NCBI GenBank assembly: GCA_965221165.1
Contig: CBDCRP010000002.1
Coordinates: 160,001 to 224,000 of the forward strand
Length of the DNA stretch: 64,000 nucleotides
Direction of reading: 5' to 3'
From: a bacterium
GTDB taxonomy: Bacteria > UBA8248
Part shown: piece by piece, positions 58,667 through 64,000 of the stretch
Layout: the number at the start of each line of letters is the position of its first letter
Position numbering within the stretch: position 1 is the first letter of the stretch
The notes under the pieces: model-generated
Told to the model about the DNA's origin: nothing
What the model saw: the letters and a program-made list of their open reading frames with translations, nothing else
The model's database searches: none
Position numbers and translations under genes: made by a program

Positions 58667-59592
58667 GCGAGGCTCGGGAATGGTTCGAAGCGCATCTGCG
58701 CGATGAGCGCGACAGTTCCGAGCACACGATTCGCGCCTACGCGGCGGACTTGAAAGACTTCGATGCGTTTCTCGCCGACTGGGCGCAGAAGCCTGTTCCG
58801 CTGGACGAAATCGACTCTTTGGCCATCCGTGGCTATCTCGGCTTTCTGTACCGCAGGGGAACCTCCGCAACGACTGTAAATCGACATTTGTCGAGCATAC
58901 GCAGCCTCTTTCGCTTTTTAAGGCAAGAGGGTTTCTCCCTCGCCGACCCGGCGGCTGAAGTGCCCTCCCCCAAGGAAAAAAGGCCCTTGCCCACCTTCTT
59001 GCCCGTCGACGACGCCGTTCGCCTCATGGAGATGCCCGACACCTCGACCCCCGAAGGCCTCAGGGACAAGGCGATTTTCGAGCTTCTTTACGGCTCGGGC
59101 TTGCGGGTCAGCGAATTGACGGGGTTGAACCGCGCTGATTTGAACATGGGGGAAAGGCTCATCCGCGTTCGCGGAAAAGGAAGAAAAGAGAGAATCGTTC
59201 CCATCACGAAAGAGGCGGCCAAAGCCGTAGCCGGCCACCTCGCGCAAATGGAAATGGACCCACTCGAGGATTCGCCTCTTTTCATCAGCAAGCGAAACAA
59301 AAGGATTTCTCCGGCCTTCGTGCGCTCCATCTTCCGCGCGTATGAAAAAAAAGGCGGTTTCAGCTATCATTTCACACCTCATGCCCTTCGCCATACGGCG
59401 GCGACGCATTTGCTGGAGAGCCAGGAGGCCGACCTGAGATCGATTCAGGAACTTTTGGGGCACGCGAGCCTATCCACGACACAAAGATACACGCAGGTGG
59501 ACTTCTCTCATCTGCGCGCCGTGTATGACGACGCGCACCCCAGGGCGAAGATGAAAACGCAAACGAGGATGACCAATGACGACGCCGGGTAA
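58633..59592 (+). CDS. xerC: Tyrosine recombinase XerC
   Basis: GLRVSEL, GKG.KER, HALRH, LLGH and TQRY motifs; trmFO-xerC-hslVU synteny. Confidence 0.9.
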   Translation: MAKHARITNSLSEAREWFEAHLRDERDSSEHTIRAYAADLKDFDAFLADWAQKPVPLDEIDSLAIRGYLGFLYRRGTSATTVNRHLSSIRSLFRFLRQEGFSLADPAAEVPSPKEKRPLPTFLPVDDAVRLMEMPDTSTPEGLRDKAIFELLYGSGLRVSELTGLNRADLNMGERLIRVRGKGRKERIVPITKEAAKAVAGHLAQMEMDPLEDSPLFISKRNKRISPAFVRSIFRAYEKKGGFSYHFTPHALRHTAATHLLESQEADLRSIQELLGHASLSTTQRYTQVDFSHLRAVYDDAHPRAKMKTQTRMTNDDAG

Positions 59593-60124
59593 AATCATTC
59601 GCTCGACCACGATTCTCACGCTGCGCTACAAAGGCCAAACGGCCTTGGGGGGAGATGGGCAGGTCACCATGGGGGACGCGGCCGTAAAACACGGAGCCGT
59701 GAAAATCCGCAAGCTCGGCAACGGGAAAGTGCTCGCCGGTTTTGCGGGTTCGGCTTCGGACGCCATCGCCCTGTTCGAGCGATTCGAGGGGAAACTCGAA
59801 GAATACCGGGGAAACTTGTCGCGCGCCGCCGTGGAGATGGGCAAAGACTGGAGGACGGACAGGGTCCTGCGCCGTCTGGAAGCCCTTCTGGCGGTGGCGG
59901 ACAAGGAAACCTCGCTCATTCTTTCCGGCACGGGCGACATCATCGAGCCGGATGACGGCGTACTCGGAATCGGCAGCGGCGGACCCATGGCGACCGCCGC
60001 CGCGCGAGGCATACTGAGTCTGGAGCCCGACCTCGGCGCCGATGAAATCGTAAGGAATTCTCTGGAAATCGCAGCGGACATCTGCATCTACACCAACAAG
60101 AACATTTCAGTGGAAGTGCTTTGA
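59576..60124 (+). CDS. hslV: ATP-dependent protease subunit HslV
   Basis: TTIL after a short propeptide, GDGQVT, GFAG and GSGG motifs. Confidence 0.97.
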   Translation: MTTPGKIIRSTTILTLRYKGQTALGGDGQVTMGDAAVKHGAVKIRKLGNGKVLAGFAGSASDAIALFERFEGKLEEYRGNLSRAAVEMGKDWRTDRVLRRLEALLAVADKETSLILSGTGDIIEPDDGVLGIGSGGPMATAAARGILSLEPDLGADEIVRNSLEIAADICIYTNKNISVEVL

Positions 60125-61482
60125 TGGAAAACCTCACACCCGCACGAATCGTCGAGGAACTCGACAGATACGTCATCGGCCAGCAAGACGCCAAAAGAGC
60201 GGTGGCGATTGCGCTCAGAAACCGCTGGCGCAGACAGCAACTGCCGCCCGAGATGGCGGAGGACGTAGCGCCCAAGAACATCATCATGATAGGCCCCACC
60301 GGCGTGGGGAAGACCGAGATCGCAAGACGCCTGGCCAAGCTCACGAAAAGCCCCTTCATCAAGGTCGAAGCCAGCAAGTTCACGGAAGTGGGCTACGTGG
60401 GCCGCGACGTCGAGAGCATGATTCGAGACCTCGTCGAGCTGGCGCGAAACATCCTTCAGGAAGAACAGCGCGAGATCAACAAGAACAAAGCCCAGGAACT
60501 GGCCGAAGAGCGCCTCCTGGACATGCTTTTGCCGCATCCCCCCGGATTCGGCGCAATGGACGAACGCGGTCAATCCAAGGACCCGCTCGGCGAGGAAAGC
60601 TACCAGCGCACACGGGAAAAATTTCGCGCCCTGCTGCTCGAGGGCAAACTCGACGACCGGGAAGTGGAACTGGAAGTGGCGGACAAAGGCCCCGAAATTC
60701 ACTTCATGGGCGGGAACGACATGGAGCAAATGGGCATCAACATGAAGGAAATCATGGGAAACTTCATGCCCCAGGGCTCCAAGAGCAGGCGCATGAATGT
60801 GCCGGAGGCCTTTGCATTCCTCGCCCAGGAGGAGGCGGACAAACTCATCGACCCCGACAGCCTCAACACCGAGGCGATTGAACGCACGGAGCAATCCGGC
60901 ATCGTGTTTCTCGATGAAATCGACAAGGTCGCTTCTCAAAACAACGGACGCGGCGGCCCCGACGTCTCGCGCGAAGGCGTGCAAAGAGACCTGCTTCCCA
61001 TCGTGGAGGGCTCCACCGTACAGACCAAATATGGCCCCGTAAAGACAGACCATATCCTGTTCATTGCGGCGGGAGCGTTCCACATCGCCAAACCATCGGA
61101 CCTTCTGCCCGAGTTGCAGGGCCGGTTCCCCATCCGCGTGGAATTGAACTCCCTGGACCGCGGTGATTTCATCCGCATACTCCAGGAACCCGAGAATGCG
61201 CTGGTGCGGCAATACCCCGCTCTCCTGGCGACGGAGGGCGTCACCATTACTTTCGAGGAAGACGCCGTAGAGGAAGTGGCCAATTTCGCCTTCCGCATCA
61301 ATGAGCAGACCGAGAACATCGGGGCCAGAAGACTGCACACCATCATGGAGCGGCTCCTCGAGGAAATTTCCTTCCAGGCGCCGGAGATGTCCGGGGAAAA
61401 CGTGAAGATCGACGCCGCCTACGTGCGCGAACGCCTCAGCGATATCGTCGAAGATATTGACTTAAGCCGTTATATTCTCTAA
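60124..61482 (+). CDS. hslU: ATP-dependent protease ATPase subunit HslU
   Basis: [18 protein letters not shown] and DLSRYIL motifs. Confidence 0.97.
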   Translation: MENLTPARIVEELDRYVIGQQDAKRAVAIALRNRWRRQQLPPEMAEDVAPKNIIMIGPTGVGKTEIARRLAKLTKSPFIKVEASKFTEVGYVGRDVESMIRDLVELARNILQEEQREINKNKAQELAEERLLDMLLPHPPGFGAMDERGQSKDPLGEESYQRTREKFRALLLEGKLDDREVELEVADKGPEIHFMGGNDMEQMGINMKEIMGNFMPQGSKSRRMNVPEAFAFLAQEEADKLIDPDSLNTEAIERTEQSGIVFLDEIDKVASQNNGRGGPDVSREGVQRDLLPIVEGSTVQTKYGPVKTDHILFIAAGAFHIAKPSDLLPELQGRFPIRVELNSLDRGDFIRILQEPENALVRQYPALLATEGVTITFEEDAVEEVANFAFRINEQTENIGARRLHTIMERLLEEISFQAPEMSGENVKIDAAYVRERLSDIVEDIDLSRYIL

Positions 61483-61585
61483 ACCTTCTCTCCCTCCCCC
61501 TTGGCTCGAAACCGCAGGGGAGTGTATATTTCTCGACTTGTGACGAGAAACCCGTACTTTTTTCTTTCTTTTTGAAGGTTTTCGC

Positions 61586-62461
61586 ATGGAAGCAAGAGAC
61601 AGAGCGGCGACACTGGTTGAAGCGCTGCCCTATATCCAACAGTTTGCGGGCAAGACCATCGTCGTCAAATACGGCGGAGCCGCCCAGGTGCAGCCGGAGC
61701 TCCACGCCCCGTTCGCCCAGGATATCGTGTTGCTCAAGTATGTGGGGATCAACGTGGTAGTCGTTCATGGCGGCGGCCCGCAAATCGGCGAGACCCTCAA
61801 GAAAATCGGCAAAACCAGCGAATTCATCGAAGGCCTCAGAGTGACGGACGAGGAGACGGTCGGCGTGGTGGAGATGGTGCTTTCCGGCTCCACGAACAAA
61901 AGCATCGTGAGGCTCATCAACCGGCACGGGGGAAACGCCGTGGGTCTTTCCGGCTCCGACGCCGGCCTCACGACGGCCAAGAAACTGACCATGAGCAGAA
62001 AAGGACCGGGCGGAGAAGACGTGGAGTACGACCTGGGGCGTGTCGGCGAGGTCCTTGCCATACGGCCCGACATTATTCACCACCTCACGGAGGGCGGGTT
62101 CATCCCCGTCATCGCTCCTTTGGGTGTCGGGAAGGACGGCAACATTTACAACATCAACGCCGATTCGGCCGCCGGCGCCATCGCCGGAGCGCTCCATGCG
62201 GAAAAATTCATACTCTTGACGGACGTGCCCGGCATTCTGGACAAAAGCGAAAACCTCATCAGCACCGTGAAGCGCGATGAGGTCGGTAAATTGAAAGACG
62301 AGAAAATCATCACCGGCGGAATGATTCCGAAAGTAGACGCCTGTCTGGACGCCCTCGCATCGAGCGTGACGAAAACCCACATCGTGGACGGCAGGGTGCC
62401 TCATGCGGTTTTACTCGAAGTGTTCACGAAAGAAGGCGTGGGCACGCAAATCGTCAGATAG
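61586..62461 (+). CDS. argB: Acetylglutamate kinase
   Basis: EALPYI, VKYGG, VHGGGP, NINAD and GGMIPK motifs. Confidence 0.97.
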   Translation: MEARDRAATLVEALPYIQQFAGKTIVVKYGGAAQVQPELHAPFAQDIVLLKYVGINVVVVHGGGPQIGETLKKIGKTSEFIEGLRVTDEETVGVVEMVLSGSTNKSIVRLINRHGGNAVGLSGSDAGLTTAKKLTMSRKGPGGEDVEYDLGRVGEVLAIRPDIIHHLTEGGFIPVIAPLGVGKDGNIYNINADSAAGAIAGALHAEKFILLTDVPGILDKSENLISTVKRDEVGKLKDEKIITGGMIPKVDACLDALASSVTKTHIVDGRVPHAVLLEVFTKEGVGTQIVR

Positions 62462-62481
62462 CTTCATTTTTGGGGAAAAGC

Positions 62482-63675
62482 ATGGACAATTCCACACTGA
62501 TCTCGGACGCCGAACTACACGTAGCCCCCACGTACGGACGTTACCCCATCGCTTTGGTCCGTGGCGAAGGCTGCCGCGTCTGGGATGCGGACGGAAAAGA
62601 ATATCTGGATTTCGTATCCGGCCTCGCCGTCTGCAACCTCGGGCATTGCCACCCCGGCGTGGTGGCCGCCATCAGGGATCAGGCCGGGAAACTGATTCAC
62701 GTCTCGAATCTCTACCATATCGAGCCCCAAATCGAGTTGGCGAAAAGACTCAACCGGCTCTCTTTCGGCGATAAGGTTTTTTTCTGCAACAGCGGCACGG
62801 AGGCCGTGGAAGCGGCGCTGAAGCTCGCCAGAAAATACTCGTACAAAAAATACGGGGAAGGCAGGCACGAAATACTGAGTTTCGACATGAGCTTTCACGG
62901 CCGCACGATGGCTTCGCTCACCGCCACGGGCCAGACGAAATTTCACGGGGCGTTCAAGCCGCTGCTGCCCGGATTCCGCTACGTGCCCTTCGGCGACGTG
63001 GAGTCCGTGGCCGCTTCGGTTTCGGAGCAAACCTGCGCCATCATGGTGGAGCCCATTCAGGGCGAGGGGGGCGTGAACGTGCCGCCCGATGGCTATCTGA
63101 AGGGTTTGAGGGAGATTTGCGACGCGAACGACCTGCTCCTGCTCTTCGACGAGGTGCAGGTCGGCCTGGGCAGGACGGGCAAACTCTGGGCGTATGAGCA
63201 CGAGGGCGTGGCGCCGGACGCCATGAGCCTGGCGAAGGCCCTGGCGGGCGGAACCGCCATCGGCGCGCTGGTCGCCTCGGACAAGGCCATGGCGTTCGAG
63301 CCGGGCGATCACGCGGCGACGTTCGGGGGCAATCCCCTGGCCACCGCCGCGGGGTGCGCCGCGATGGACGCCATCACCGCGCCCGGCTTCTTAGCGCACG
63401 TCGAGGAAATGGGAGCGTACGCCACCGCAGGTCTCGAGGATTTGGCGGCGCGCCATTCCATCATCAAGGAGATCAGGGGCAAGGGGTTGATCATCGGCTG
63501 CGAGGTGGACGTGGACGCTACTTCCATCGTCACCAAGGGGCTCGAGGCCGGTTTTTTGCTCAACGTGGCCGTCCAGAAGGTCATCCGGCTCATCCCTCCC
63601 CTCGTCGTGGAAAAAGAGATGATCGACAAGCTGATGAATTTCCTGGATGACGCCCTCGCGGATTTGGTGAAATGA
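62482..63675 (+). CDS. argD: Acetylornithine aminotransferase
   Basis: NSGTEA, FHGRT, EPIQGEGG, DEVQ.G.GRTG and TFGGNP motifs. Confidence 0.95.
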   Translation: MDNSTLISDAELHVAPTYGRYPIALVRGEGCRVWDADGKEYLDFVSGLAVCNLGHCHPGVVAAIRDQAGKLIHVSNLYHIEPQIELAKRLNRLSFGDKVFFCNSGTEAVEAALKLARKYSYKKYGEGRHEILSFDMSFHGRTMASLTATGQTKFHGAFKPLLPGFRYVPFGDVESVAASVSEQTCAIMVEPIQGEGGVNVPPDGYLKGLREICDANDLLLLFDEVQVGLGRTGKLWAYEHEGVAPDAMSLAKALAGGTAIGALVASDKAMAFEPGDHAATFGGNPLATAAGCAAMDAITAPGFLAHVEEMGAYATAGLEDLAARHSIIKEIRGKGLIIGCEVDVDATSIVTKGLEAGFLLNVAVQKVIRLIPPLVVEKEMIDKLMNFLDDALADLVK

Positions 63676-64000
63676 CAAAACGCGACTACCTCACCGGCGA
63701 TGAACTGAGCGCCGCGCAAACGCTCGGGCTCATAGAAGAGGCGCTCGTCCAGAAAAAAGAAACGGCCCGGGGGATACTGCGCCCTGCGTTGGCGGGAAAG
63801 AATTTTGCGCTTGTTTTCGAAAAGCACTCCACGAGAACGAGGGTTTCTTTCGAGGCGGGTCTCTCGCAACTGGGCGCGAACTCTATTTTCCTGGCTCCGA
63901 ACGACACGCAAATCGCCCGGGGGGAAACCCCCGCAGACAGCGCCAGGGTTCTGAGTGAGTATGTGGACGGCATTATCGTCAGAACCTATGCGCACGCGCG
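63672..64000 (+). CDS. argF: Ornithine carbamoyltransferase (3'-truncated by window edge)
   Basis: Own translation MTKRDYL...FEKHSTRTRVSFE...RGET..DSARVLS; ATGA overlap with argD. Confidence 0.93.
   Translation, partial: MTKRDYLTGDELSAAQTLGLIEEALVQKKETARGILRPALAGKNFALVFEKHSTRTRVSFEAGLSQLGANSIFLAPNDTQIARGETPADSARVLSEYVDGIIVRTYAHA

Noticed and set aside
58633-59592. Tyrosine recombinase as a prophage or island integrase
   Set aside because: It sits in the conserved topA-trmFO-xerC-hslVU context with no cargo or att sites; it is housekeeping XerC.

Overview
GC-rich bacterial chromosome segment with two halves. The right half (about 38.5-64 kb) is a conserved core block: ppiD, mreBCD-mrdA-rodA, a B12-binding radical SAM fusion, rng, cpoB, dprA, topA, trmFO, xerC, hslVU and argBD-argF (truncated). 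Its gene order resembles Deltaproteobacteria/Nitrospinota-type genomes (inference only), and a sulfatase is inserted on the opposite strand after rodA. The left half (1-38 kb) is accessory metabolism: TRAP, TAXI and amino-acid ABC transporters, a divergent SucCD/ACL-like CoA ligase, several PLP enzymes, an orphan DNA-repair-type radical SAM, tRNA-Glu(CTC) and REP-like palindrome clusters. Main observations: (1) a cysK-ubiquitin-like carrier-E1'-cysM-JAB-E1-Rrf2 sulfur-relay operon whose two ThiF/MoeB paralogs have lost complementary catalytic elements, suggesting a heterodimeric (eukaryote-like inactive+active) E1, with an IscR/Rrf2-type operator over its promoter; (2) a CMD/AhpD-like CxxU selenoprotein split by an in-frame TGA with a candidate SECIS; (3) an internally collapsed Gfo/Idh/MocA pseudogene. 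All calls come from motif recognition by eye; no searches were run.
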